Shown here: positions 1 to 8,026 of the stretch, piece by piece
How the letters are laid out: each line of letters starts with the position of its first letter
Numbering within the stretch: the stretch's first letter is position 1
NCBI GenBank assembly: GCA_016184305.1
Contig: JACPCX010000151.1
Coordinates: forward strand, 1-13,897
Source: Candidatus Rokuibacteriota bacterium
GTDB lineage: Bacteria; Methylomirabilota; Methylomirabilia; Rokubacteriales; CSP1-6
Direction: 5' to 3'
Length of the DNA: 13,897 nucleotides
The notes under the pieces: generated by a model
What the model was told of the DNA's origin: nothing
Seen by the model: the letters and a program-made list of their open reading frames with translations, nothing else
Databases searched by the model: none
Translations under genes and position numbers: made by a program

Positions 1-284
1 GCCACCAGGCGAAGCGCGAGCGGACGCGGGATGACACCGTGATCGGCCAGCGCCACGAAGATCTCCCCGTACCGCTGGGGAACGTCCCAGCCCTCGTCGG
101 CGAGCCAGTGCGCGGCCAGGTCGAGGCACACCTGTATCGCCACGAACAGGTTGAGCACCACGACCTCGCGGGCCGTCCGATCAGCCTCGAAGGCTTCCCG
201 CGACGCTGGAAGCACGGCTCGGATCCGGGTCACGGCGTCCCGGACGGTGGCCACCTGCTTCGCGAGGAGAGCCCGGTCAACCAC
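1..284 (-). CDS. HepT-like HEPN/DUF86 ribonuclease toxin of a type VII TA system (3' end beyond the left edge)
   Basis: Not in the ORF track. Translated by hand from GTG at 284: MVDRALLAKQVATVRDAVTRIRAVLPASREAFEADRTAREVVVLNLFVAIQVCLDLAAHWLADEGWDVPQRYGEIFVALADHGVIPRPLALRLV, open to base 1. It has a DUF86-like pattern (AIQxCLDLAAH...PxxYxEIFxxL) and overlaps the stop of the upstream nucleotidyltransferase by 8 nt (GTGGTTGA). The catalytic RX4-6H motif would lie outside the window. Confidence 0.85.
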   Translation of the reverse strand, partial: MVDRALLAKQVATVRDAVTRIRAVLPASREAFEADRTAREVVVLNLFVAIQVCLDLAAHWLADEGWDVPQRYGEIFVALADHGVIPRPLALRLV

Positions 285-672
285 GAGCAGTCGCTGCGCG
301 GAGCACGCCGTCCGCGCAGCGCTCCTCCACGGGCTTGAAGTCCAGGTACTGGAGGATGGCCTGCGCCTTCCGCTCCACCAGTGCCGCGTGGTCCCGCTCC
401 ATGAGCACGCGACCATCGCGGAAGATGCGATAGGCAAGGGGGGCCGGGGCCTCCTCCATGAGGATCAGGTCGACCCGGCGTCCGGCGGCGGACTCGAGGC
501 GGGCGGCCAGATGGCCTAGGGTTGCCGTGTCGCGCGGCGTGCCCGGCCGCAGCTCGACGGCCACATCAACGTCGCTCGTCGGCGTGAGGGTCCCGCGCCC
601 TCCCGACCCGAACAAGAGAGCGTACGCGATGTCTCCCTCTGCCTCGAGGACGCGCCGCAGCGTTTCGAGCAT
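277..672 (-). CDS. mntA: MntA-like minimal nucleotidyltransferase antitoxin (type VII TA), about 131 aa
   Basis: MLETLRRVLEAEGDIAYALLFGSGGRGTLTPTSDVDVAV contains an exact GS-X10-DXD motif, followed by RRVDLILMEEAPAPLAYRIFRDG. ATG 672 was chosen because the upstream extension to 798 does not look like protein. Directly upstream of a HEPN gene. Confidence 0.88.
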   Translation of the reverse strand: MLETLRRVLEAEGDIAYALLFGSGGRGTLTPTSDVDVAVELRPGTPRDTATLGHLAARLESAAGRRVDLILMEEAPAPLAYRIFRDGRVLMERDHAALVERKAQAILQYLDFKPVEERCADGVLRAATARG

Positions 673-686
673 TTCGACCCCAAGCA

Positions 687-692
687 ATCCTA
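687..692 (-). promoter_or_regulatory. Possible -10 element (TAGGAT) for the TA operon, giving a very short leader
   Basis: The minus strand reads GGTAGGATTGCTTGGGGTCGAAATG. TAGGAT ends 14 nt before the ATG. No convincing -35 element or SD sequence. Confidence 0.3.
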
Positions 693-818
693 CCGTACAC
701 CCACGATGAGCGCCGCCCATATCCGCCGGTGGTCGGCGCGGCTCGCATTCTGGGCCACGCGGCCGATCCCGGGGGCCGAGGGCGCCCCTCTCCTTCACGG
801 CCTCCCGGTGCCGTCACC

Positions 819-1427
819 TCACTTGAGCAGGCCGCGCGCGATGATCAACCGCTGGATCTGGTTCGTGCCGTCGAAGATCTGGAGGATCTTGGCGTCCCGC
901 ATCATCCGCTCCACCGGGTGATCCGTGACCACGCCGTAGCCGCCCAGCGCCTGCACGGCATCCGCCGTGACCTGCATGGCCATGTCCGAGGCGAAGAGCT
1001 TGGCCATCACGGCCCGCGTCTCCATCCCGGCCACATCGGAGCCGGCGTTGGGCTCGGTGATGGAGAGACAGGTGACCCCCGCCTCCCGGATGAGCCGCGG
1101 CATGTACCGCTTCTTCTGCTCGTCGGTCCCGGCGAGCAGGAGCGGGAGCCGGCTGCTGGCGATGCCGGTGAAGGTGTGCGCGGTGGCCGTGTTGCACTTG
1201 GCTATCTCCTCGACGACCATCGTGCTCGTGATCAGGTCCTTGCCCAGGCCGCCGTACTCCACCGGGAAGAACATGGAGGTGAGGCCTGCCCGGGCGAACT
1301 CCTTGAGGATGTCCCAGGGAAACTCGCCGGTCCTGTCCATCTCCGCGGCTCGGGGAGCGAGCTTCTCGCGGCATATCCGGTTCACCGTCTGCCGAATCGC
1401 CTCTTGTTCCGGCGTGCACTCGCCCAT
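819..1427 (-). pseudogene. Acyl-CoA dehydrogenase with an in-frame internal deletion (202 aa versus about 380 aa typical); probable pseudogene
   Basis: SD AGGAG precedes ATG 1427. The ACAD N-terminal domain ([10 protein letters not shown]...EYGGLG...EEIAK...GTDEQKKRY...TEPNAGSD...TRAV, 140 aa) is joined directly to the ACAD C-terminal end (MAKLFASD...AVQALGGYG...[25 protein letters not shown], 62 aa). The middle beta domain and most C-terminal helices are missing. Confidence 0.8.
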
Positions 1428-1511
1428 GATCTCTCTCCTGAGTCGCTTCCCGCCCGCCTCGACGGGGCCGCGGGGCGCGTTGGCCCCGGGCTCGCCCTCG
1501 GGCCCCGAGCC

Positions 1512-1541
1512 ATCGTGCGCCGCGGTGAGGCCGCGGGTCAA
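1512..1541 (-). promoter_or_regulatory. Possible sigma70-type promoter for the acyl-CoA dehydrogenase gene
   Basis: Minus strand TTGACC (1541-1536), an 18-nt spacer, then CACGAT (1517-1512). The -10 match is weak. Confidence 0.3.
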
Positions 1542-1592
1542 GGAGCGTCTGCACCCTCTTCGACAACGAGAGCGGCAGGGGAGATCGCGCCA

Positions 1593-1622
1593 TTGACGTC
1601 CCCCCGTCGCATGCCCTACAAT
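1593..1622 (+). promoter_or_regulatory. Sigma70-type promoter for the PilT/PilU pair
   Basis: TTGACG (1593-1598), an 18-nt spacer, then TACAAT (1617-1622). Each hexamer matches consensus at 5/6 positions in a GC-rich background. Confidence 0.6.
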
Positions 1623-1786
1623 TCTGCTCGGCGTGAGCAATGAGCTGCCCAGTGTCCAGTCGGTGTCGCCAGCCAAGGACCGCATCCCAACCGCGGCGCG
1701 ATCTCCGCGCCCGAGTGCCATGCCCGTTGCCACGGACAGCGCTGAATTCCGGCCTGACGAACAGCGGCAGGTGATTCCACACTGGC

Positions 1787-2938
1787 GTGCGCACTAGCGG
1801 CGGAGGCGCCGAGCAGCTCCCCCTCGGGCGCTATCTCGCCGAAATAGGGGCGCAGCGCGCCTCGGACCTCTTCCTGCGGGCCGGCTCACCGCCCGCCTTC
1901 CGCGTTGACGGGCGCATTGTGCGCTCTGAGCTGCCCGCCCCGACCCGCCAGGCGATGGACCGCTTTCGCGACGCGATTCTCACCCCCCTCGCCCGCGAGC
2001 GGTTCCTCGCCCGGCCGGATATCGACGTCGCGTACACCCTCGCCGGCGTGGGGCGATTCCGGGTGAACCTGTTCCTCAGCACGGGCGCGCTCGGCCTCGT
2101 CGCCCGCGGAATCCCGGACGGCCAGGTCGAGTTCGAGCCCTTGAACCTGCCGCCGGTCATCCGCGAGTTCAGCGGGATCCGTCAAGGTCTCCTCCTCCTC
2201 GTCGGGCCGACTGGGTGTGGGAAGTCGACGACGCTGGCTGCGCTGATCCACCAGATCAACCGGACGCGAGAGGACCACATCGTCACGATCGAGGACCCGA
2301 TCGAGTTCATCCACGACGGCATCCGCGCGCTCATTCACCAGCGGCAGGTCGGCTACGACACCGCCTCCTTCGCGGAGGCGCTCAAGCACGTCGTACGCCA
2401 AAGCCCGGACGTGATCATGATCGGGGAGATGCGGGACCAGGAGACGGTCGAGACGGCGCTGTCCGCGGCCTTGACGGGGCATCTCGTCCTGTCAACGCTC
2501 CATACCACGAATGCCGTCCAGTCGATCGACAGGATCCTGAACTACTTTCCCCCGGAGGCGCGGCGCCAGGCGCAGGCCGACCTTGCGATCACGCTCGTGG
2601 GGATTGTCTCGATGCGGCTTCTCCCGGCGGCAGAGGGTCCCGGCCGCTTCCCCGCCGCAGAGATCTTGCGCGGCACGCCCACGGTCAGGCGCCTGGTCAC
2701 CGAGGGAGCGCTGTCCGAGCTGTACGAGGTCATGAGGCGGGGCGGGCCCGACGGGATGACCACGCTCACGCAATCGCTCGCGGCTCTCGTCCGCGCGGGC
2801 CGGGTGGCCACGAGCGTCGCGATGTCGCACGCCCCGAACCCGGACGAGCTCAAGCTCAATCTCGAGGGAATGTTCACCGGAATCGAGTCGATCGACAGGC
2901 GCGTCGAGGAGGCCCCGTGGAACGCTCGTCGCACGTGA
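1787..2938 (+). CDS. PilT/PilU-family type IV pilus retraction ATPase, copy 1 (C-terminus more PilU-like)
   Basis: N-terminal ASDLFL...PPAFRVDG and RFRVNLF; Walker [10 protein letters not shown]; Asp box TIEDPIE; Walker B IGEMRD; His box [11 protein letters not shown]-terminal [16 protein letters not shown] start has no clear SD, so the start is approximate. Confidence 0.93.
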   Translation: MRTSGGGAEQLPLGRYLAEIGAQRASDLFLRAGSPPAFRVDGRIVRSELPAPTRQAMDRFRDAILTPLARERFLARPDIDVAYTLAGVGRFRVNLFLSTGALGLVARGIPDGQVEFEPLNLPPVIREFSGIRQGLLLLVGPTGCGKSTTLAALIHQINRTREDHIVTIEDPIEFIHDGIRALIHQRQVGYDTASFAEALKHVVRQSPDVIMIGEMRDQETVETALSAALTGHLVLSTLHTTNAVQSIDRILNYFPPEARRQAQADLAITLVGIVSMRLLPAAEGPGRFPAAEILRGTPTVRRLVTEGALSELYEVMRRGGPDGMTTLTQSLAALVRAGRVATSVAMSHAPNPDELKLNLEGMFTGIESIDRRVEEAPWNARRT

Positions 2939-4056
2939 CGCCGTCTCACGCCGAGGCGCTGGCAGTCCCCGAGGGCCCCGTGACCATGAAGATGCTCTTC
3001 GAGGAGGCGGTTCGCTTGGCCGCGAGCGATCTCCTCGTCACGGCGCACGTCCCGCCCCTGCTTCGAATCCATGGCGACCTCATGCCGCTCGGAAGCCGAG
3101 CGCTCCTGCCTGAAGAGACGAGACATCTCGTCTGGAGCCTCCTCAATGAAACCCAGCAGGAGGTGTTCGAGCGCAAGAAGGAACTCGATTTCTCGCTGTC
3201 CGTGAGCGGGGCGCTCCGCTTCCGGGCCAACGTCTACTATCAGAAGGGGTACGTCGCCGCGGCGTTTCGCCTCGTTCCGCGCCGGGTGGCGGACCTCGAT
3301 CTGCTCGGGGTGCCGCAGATCGTGAAGGAGCTGACGCTGCGGCCCCATGGGCTGATTCTCGTGACGGGGCCGACCGGGTCCGGCAAGACGACGACGACCG
3401 CCGCGATGATCGATCTGATCAACAGCAGCCGGCGGTGCCATATCGTCACGATCGAAGACCCGATCGAGTTCCTCCACGAGAGCAAGCTGGGTGTGGTGGA
3501 CCAGCGAGAGGTCTACGCCGACACGCTCTCGTTCGCCAACGCGCTCAAGTACGTCCTGCGTCAGGACCCGAACGTGATCTTCATCGGCGAGATGCGAGAC
3601 CTCGAGACCATCGCGGCGGCGCTCACGGCTGCCGAGACCGGGCACCTGGTGATCGCGACGCTCCACACGAGCGACGCGGTCCAGGCCATCGACCGGATCG
3701 TCGACGTCTTTCCACCGCACCAGCAGACGCAGGCCCGGATGCAGCTGTCCTTCTCGCTCCTGGGCGTCATCGCGCAGCAGCTCATTCCGCGGCCGGATGG
3801 CCAGGGGCGGGTCCTCGCGGCAGAGGTCCTGATTCGCAACGCCGCCGTGGCCGCCCATATCCGGGAGGGCAAGATGCACCTGGCGAGATCGACGATGGAG
3901 TCCGGCCGGAAGGAGGGAATGATCACGATGGATGCGCGCCTCCAGGAGCTGCTGGAGGCGGAGCAGATCTCGTACCGGGAGCTTTCGAGACGGGTGACGT
4001 CCCACAAGGTGCTGGACATGATCCAGCGAACCGGGAAGCGCGCGGGGCGGAAATGA
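2917..4056 (+). CDS. pilT: PilT/PilU-family type IV pilus retraction ATPase, copy 2 (PilT-like)
   Basis: ASDLLVTAHVPPLLRIHG; ELDFS...RFRANVY; Walker [58 protein letters not shown]. Start is GTG 2917 (SD GAGGAGG), GTG 2935 (GTGA overlap with the upstream stop) or ATG 2986. The ORF-track extension to 2215 is a shadow frame. Confidence 0.9.
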   Translation: MERSSHVTPSHAEALAVPEGPVTMKMLFEEAVRLAASDLLVTAHVPPLLRIHGDLMPLGSRALLPEETRHLVWSLLNETQQEVFERKKELDFSLSVSGALRFRANVYYQKGYVAAAFRLVPRRVADLDLLGVPQIVKELTLRPHGLILVTGPTGSGKTTTTAAMIDLINSSRRCHIVTIEDPIEFLHESKLGVVDQREVYADTLSFANALKYVLRQDPNVIFIGEMRDLETIAAALTAAETGHLVIATLHTSDAVQAIDRIVDVFPPHQQTQARMQLSFSLLGVIAQQLIPRPDGQGRVLAAEVLIRNAAVAAHIREGKMHLARSTMESGRKEGMITMDARLQELLEAEQISYRELSRRVTSHKVLDMIQRTGKRAGRK

Positions 4057-4059
4057 CGG

Positions 4060-4974
4060 TCAGCGGACCTTGAGCAGGTCGCGCAGGCCATCACCCACGA
4101 GGTTGACCGCCAGCACGGTGAGCGCCAGGAACGCGCCCGGGAACAGGATGATCCAGAAGGCGCGCTGCACGTAGGCCCGCCCCTCCGCCATGATATTGCC
4201 CCACGAGGGGATGATGGGGGGCGTGCCCGCGCCGAGAAAGGACAGGTACGCCTCGAAGAGAATGGCCGACGCGCAGATGTAGGTGCCCTGGACGATGAGT
4301 GGGGCCACGAGCGCCGGCAGGATGTAGCGCAGGAGGATCCGGGGCGTCTGCGCCCCGATGGCCCGCGCCCCCTCGACCATGGTCTGCTCGCGGAGGCTCA
4401 GCACCGAGGCGCGCACGAGCCGCACCACCCGCGGGATCTCGGGGATCACCAGCGCAATGATGACGTTCTTCACGCTGGCGCGCATGAGGGCCATGAGGGC
4501 CAGCGCCAGCAGGATGGCCGGAATGGCCATGAGCCCGTCCATCACCCGCATGACCACCGCGTCGATCCGGCGATAGTAGCCGCTGCAGAGCCCGATGGTG
4601 ACGCCCAGCAAGAGGCTCACCACGCCCACCATGGCCCCGACCTGGAGCGAGATGCGCCCGCCGTAGAGCGTGCGCGAGTAGATGTCGCGCCCGTACTGGT
4701 CGGTGCCGAACCACTGCTCGGCCGAGGGCGGGCGCAGCCGCGCGACCGGGCGCAGGGCCTGCGGGTCCGCCGTCCACCAGAGGTTCGCGCCGAGCCCGGT
4801 GATGGCGATGAGCGCGAGGGTCACGAGCCCGGTCACGAGCAGGGGATGCCGCCGGAGGAGGCGGCGCGCTCCGCTCAGCCGCGGAAGTCGCGCCCGCGAT
4901 GGGCCCGCAAGGGGGGGGGCGGCTCTCGCGGCGCCCGCGCGCTCAGTACCGGATGCGGGGATCGAGGACGACAT
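4060..4974 (-). CDS. Dpp/Opp-type ABC transporter permease (DppC-like); start uncertain
   Basis: PPSAEQWFGTDQYGRDIYSRTLYGGRISL; EAA-like loop REQTMVEGARAIGA...ILLRYILP; LSFLGAG...SWGNIM; NLVGDGLRD. The only in-frame ATG near the 5' end (4974) lies inside the upstream gene, so the true start may be downstream (for example CTG 4878). Confidence 0.92.
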   Translation of the reverse strand: MSSSIPASGTERAGAARAAPPLAGPSRARLPRLSGARRLLRRHPLLVTGLVTLALIAITGLGANLWWTADPQALRPVARLRPPSAEQWFGTDQYGRDIYSRTLYGGRISLQVGAMVGVVSLLLGVTIGLCSGYYRRIDAVVMRVMDGLMAIPAILLALALMALMRASVKNVIIALVIPEIPRVVRLVRASVLSLREQTMVEGARAIGAQTPRILLRYILPALVAPLIVQGTYICASAILFEAYLSFLGAGTPPIIPSWGNIMAEGRAYVQRAFWIILFPGAFLALTVLAVNLVGDGLRDLLKVR

Positions 4975-5884
4975 ACGCCACGTCGATGACGAGGTTCAGC
5001 AGCACGTAGACGCCGGAGACCACCAGCACCACGCCCTGGACCACGGGGTAGTCCCGCCGGACGATGGCGTCCACGGTCAGCCGTCCGAGCCCGGGGATGG
5101 CGAAGACGCTCTCGGTCACGACGGCGCCGCCGATGAGGAGGGCGAAGCCCACGCCGATGATGGTCACCACAGGCAGCGAGGCGGCCTTGAGCGCATGCCC
5201 CAGCAGCACGCGATGCGGCGCCAGCCCCTTGGCGAAGGCCGTGCGGATATAGTCCTCCCTGAGCACGCCCAGCACGCTCGCGCGCGTCATGCGGGCGATG
5301 AGCGCCATGTACACCAGCGACAGCGTCACCGCCGGCAAGACGAGATGGCGCAGGAACTGCCACGGCCCGGCCTCGAGCGGCTGATACCCCTGCACGGGCA
5401 GGACGCCCGCCTGGATGGCGAAGACCCAGACGAGCAGGAAGCCGAGCCAGAACACCGGCATCGAAAAGCCGGATACCGAGACGATCATGATGACCCGGTC
5501 CAGCCACGAGCCCTGGCGCCACGCGGCCAGCACGCCGAGCGGCACCGCCACCGCCACCGAGATGAGCATGGCGAGTGCGGTGAGCGCCACCGTCGGGCCC
5601 ACGCGCTGGCCGATGAGCGTGGTCACCGGCAGTCCCGAGTAGATCGAGGCGCCGAGGTCCCCGCGCGCCACGCTGGCAACCCAGATGCCAGCCTGGGCGA
5701 GCAGCGGCCGGTCGAGGCCCAGGCTGGTGCGGATGCGGGCGATGTCCTGGGTGGTGGCGTAGTCCCCGGCGATGATGACCGCCGGATCGCCCGGGGTGAG
5801 GTGCAGGAGCGCGAAAACGGTCAAGGCCACCACCCCCATGACGGGGATGGTGGCCAGGGCGCGTCGCGCGATCAGCGGCAGCAC
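4943..5884 (-). CDS. Dpp/Opp-type ABC transporter permease (DppB-like), about 313 aa
   Basis: From GTG 5884: LIARRALATIPV...LTPGDPA...LGLDRP...GDLGAS; EDYIRTAFAKGL; ESVFAIPGLGRL; RRDYPVVQG; LDPRIRY. Confidence 0.94.
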   Translation of the reverse strand: MLPLIARRALATIPVMGVVALTVFALLHLTPGDPAVIIAGDYATTQDIARIRTSLGLDRPLLAQAGIWVASVARGDLGASIYSGLPVTTLIGQRVGPTVALTALAMLISVAVAVPLGVLAAWRQGSWLDRVIMIVSVSGFSMPVFWLGFLLVWVFAIQAGVLPVQGYQPLEAGPWQFLRHLVLPAVTLSLVYMALIARMTRASVLGVLREDYIRTAFAKGLAPHRVLLGHALKAASLPVVTIIGVGFALLIGGAVVTESVFAIPGLGRLTVDAIVRRDYPVVQGVVLVVSGVYVLLNLVIDVAYVVLDPRIRY

Positions 5885-5898
5885 GACCGGGTGCGGTG

Positions 5899-7482
5899 CT
5901 ACACGGAGATGTTCCAGAGCAGCGTGGCGCCGAACTGGAGGACCCCCCGGACGTTCTTCCGGAAGGCGTTGGGCACGACGAACTGGCCCCACGACACGTA
6001 GGGGACCTCGTCGTAGGCGATCTGCTGGATCTGCTCGGCGATCCGCTTCTGCTTCGCTGGATCGGGCTCCTTGACGAAGTCCGCGCGCAGCGTCTCGACG
6101 GTCTCGTTGGTGGGCCAGCCGAACCAGGCCTTGTCGCCGGCCCCGCCCACGGCGGCGTGCACGGCGGGCGTGATCACGTCGAGGCTCGTGGACCAGGTGT
6201 GGAAGATGTTCCAGCCGCCCTGGGCCGTGGGTCCCTTGTTGGCGCGCCGGGCGAGCATGGTGGACCAGTCCATGGCCGCGACATCCACGGTCGCCCCGAT
6301 CTTCTTGAGGAGGTCTGCCGTCACGAGCGCCGGCGCATGCGCGTAGGGCGAGTCCGTCGGGTCGAGGACCACGATGGGCCGCCCGTCATAGCCGCTGTCC
6401 TTGAGGAGCTGGCGGGCCTTCTCCAGGTCCTGCTTCGGCGCGCCCACCGCCGACTCGAAAGGCGTCCCGCCGCACATGAACACGGCCGGGCAGACCTTGT
6501 AGTACTTGGCGTTGCCGACGACGGTGTCGAGATAGGTCTTCTGGTCCGCCATGTACAGGAGGGCCTGGCGCGCCTTCTTGCTGTTGAAGGGCGGCTGGAG
6601 ATGGTTGGGCCGGAGCCAGCCCTGGCTGCCGCGGGTGTCGCTCACGAAGATCACGACGTTCGGGTTCTGCTCGAGCTTGGGGGCGAAGTCGAGCGGGATG
6701 TTCTCCCAGAAGTCCACCTCCCCCGCCTCGAGCGCGGCGCTGGCCGTCGCCGCATCCGGGATGTAGCGCCACTCCACGCGGTCCACGAGCGCGCGCTTGC
6801 CACCGGCCGCCCCGCTGGGAGTCTCCTTGCGCGGCGCGTAGTCGGCGTTCGCCAGGTACACGACCTTGTTGCCGGGCTGCCACTCGCCCGCGGCGAACTT
6901 GTAGGGCCCCGAGCCGACCATCTCCTTGACCTGCGCGTTGGGATCGGTGGCGGCCAGCCGCGCCGGCATGATGAAGGGGACGTTGCTGGAGGGCTTCCCG
7001 AGCGCCTCCAGGACGAGCCCGAAGGGCTGCTCGAGGTCGATGGCGAAGGTCTTCTTGTCCACGGCCGCCATCCGGCCGATGGAGCCCATCAACAGGCGTC
7101 CGAGGGCGTCGCGCGCCCCCCAGCGCTTGATGGAGACCACACAGTCCTCGGCGGTCACCGGCTGGCCGTCGTGGAACTTGAGCCCGTCGCGCAGCGCGAA
7201 GGTCCACTTCATCTTGTTCGCGCTGGCCGTCCACTTCTCCACCATCTGCGGCTGGACCTTGAGATTGGAATCCATGGCGAAGAGCGTGTCGAAGATCATG
7301 TAGCCGTGGTTCCGGGTGATGTAGCCGGTGGTCCAGATGGGGTCGAGGACCTTGAGGTCGGCGTGCGGCACCACGCGCAGCAAGCCGCCCTTCTTCTGCG
7401 CGTGGACGTAGGGCCCCGCGGCGAGGGTGGTGGCCGCGGCGGCGGTCCCGGCGAGGAATGTGCGTCGCGTGATCGGCGTCAT
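5899..7482 (-). CDS. ABC transporter substrate-binding protein, family 5 (Dpp/Opp/Nik), with Tat signal peptide, 527 aa
   Basis: SD GGAGG precedes ATG 7482. Twin-arginine signal TRRTFL...VHA|Q. Family-5 motifs LDPIWTT...MIFDTLF, FALRDGLKFHDGQPVTAEDC, GSGPYKF and LEAGEVD. Confidence 0.95.
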   Translation of the reverse strand: MTPITRRTFLAGTAAAATTLAAGPYVHAQKKGGLLRVVPHADLKVLDPIWTTGYITRNHGYMIFDTLFAMDSNLKVQPQMVEKWTASANKMKWTFALRDGLKFHDGQPVTAEDCVVSIKRWGARDALGRLLMGSIGRMAAVDKKTFAIDLEQPFGLVLEALGKPSSNVPFIMPARLAATDPNAQVKEMVGSGPYKFAAGEWQPGNKVVYLANADYAPRKETPSGAAGGKRALVDRVEWRYIPDAATASAALEAGEVDFWENIPLDFAPKLEQNPNVVIFVSDTRGSQGWLRPNHLQPPFNSKKARQALLYMADQKTYLDTVVGNAKYYKVCPAVFMCGGTPFESAVGAPKQDLEKARQLLKDSGYDGRPIVVLDPTDSPYAHAPALVTADLLKKIGATVDVAAMDWSTMLARRANKGPTAQGGWNIFHTWSTSLDVITPAVHAAVGGAGDKAWFGWPTNETVETLRADFVKEPDPAKQKRIAEQIQQIAYDEVPYVSWGQFVVPNAFRKNVRGVLQFGATLLWNISV

Positions 7483-7550
7483 GGTGTCCTCCGTGATGTG
7501 GGTGTCCCCGAGGCGAGGCGGGCCCCGTCGGGCCGGCCCTGGTGGGCGGG

Positions 7551-7579
7551 AGCCTACCACGCCAGGGCGTCCGGATAAA
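7551..7579 (-). promoter_or_regulatory. Putative promoter for the ABC cassette (extended -10)
   Basis: Minus strand TTTATC (7579-7574), a 17-nt spacer ending in TGG, then TAGGCT (7556-7551). This is a TGn-extended -10 about 70 nt upstream of the ATG. Confidence 0.4.
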
Positions 7580-7598
7580 GCGGTCGGAAGCCGGCCGC

Positions 7599-8009
7599 TC
7601 ACCCGATCGCCTCGAAGGCGATGTCCTGGGCGCCCTCCCACAGGACCAGCCGCCCCATCTCCTGCAACGACTCACGCCCGTCGACGATCGTGAGGAAATG
7701 GTTCCCGGCGAGCGGCCCGACCTTGCTTGCGAATCGCGTGCTCCCGTACGGGAACAGGATCTCGGTCTCGCTGATCCCGCCGGGGTAGAGGAGAATGTTG
7801 CCGGGCGCGGGGTCGCTCGTGTGGTTCTCGGGGCCGAGCCCCAGGTCGAGGTCGCCGAGCGGGATCCAGCAGGCCTCCCCGCTCCAGCGCGCATGGATGA
7901 TCTTCCGGCGGTATGGGAGCACCCGGCGAAACGCCGCGCAGGTCAGGGGAGCCGCGTCTGCCTCGAGCCGCGCCGCGAACACGAGCCGCCCCACGCTGAT
8001 CCGCACCAT
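7599..8009 (-). CDS. DUF3830-family (cyclophilin-like fold) protein, about 136 aa
   Basis: APLTCAAFRRVLPY...IIHARWSGEACWIP...ENHTSDPAPGNILLYPGGISETEILFPYG...FASKVGPLAGNHFLTI...LWEGAQDI matches the DUF3830 pattern as I recall it. There is an alternative in-frame ATG at 8099. Confidence 0.82.
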   Translation of the reverse strand: MVRISVGRLVFAARLEADAAPLTCAAFRRVLPYRRKIIHARWSGEACWIPLGDLDLGLGPENHTSDPAPGNILLYPGGISETEILFPYGSTRFASKVGPLAGNHFLTIVDGRESLQEMGRLVLWEGAQDIAFEAIG

Positions 8010-8017
8010 GCGGACGA

Positions 8018-8026
8018 AGCATACCA
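8018..8026 (-). promoter_or_regulatory. Extended -10 element (TGGTATGCT) positioned for a leaderless or near-leaderless DUF3830 mRNA
   Basis: TG-G-TATGCT ends 8 nt before ATG 8009, which has no SD. Confidence 0.45.

Noticed and set aside
1716..1730. Sigma54-like TGCCATG-CCCG-TTGC on the + strand
   Set aside because: It lacks the essentially invariant GG at -24 (it has GC), and a better sigma70 promoter lies upstream.
1772..1774. In-frame TGA before the first PilT gene as possible selenocysteine or read-through
   Set aside because: The upstream peptide has no protein-like features, the context is not a redox motif, and no SECIS-like element was evident.
1629..1786. Cyclic dinucleotide (GEMM) riboswitch upstream of the pilus ATPases
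   Set aside because: The context is plausible, but I could not find the conserved GEMM core elements by eye. An Infernal/Rfam scan would be needed.
2215..2916. N-terminal 234 aa of the 613-aa + strand ORF
   Set aside because: It is an off-frame shadow of the first PilT gene. Real homology begins only after about 2917.
1787..7482. Idea that the PilT ATPases energise the ATPase-less ABC permeases
   Set aside because: PilT proteins are hexameric secretion-type ATPases without the ABC signature, and the genes are convergently and separately transcribed. There is no mechanistic basis.
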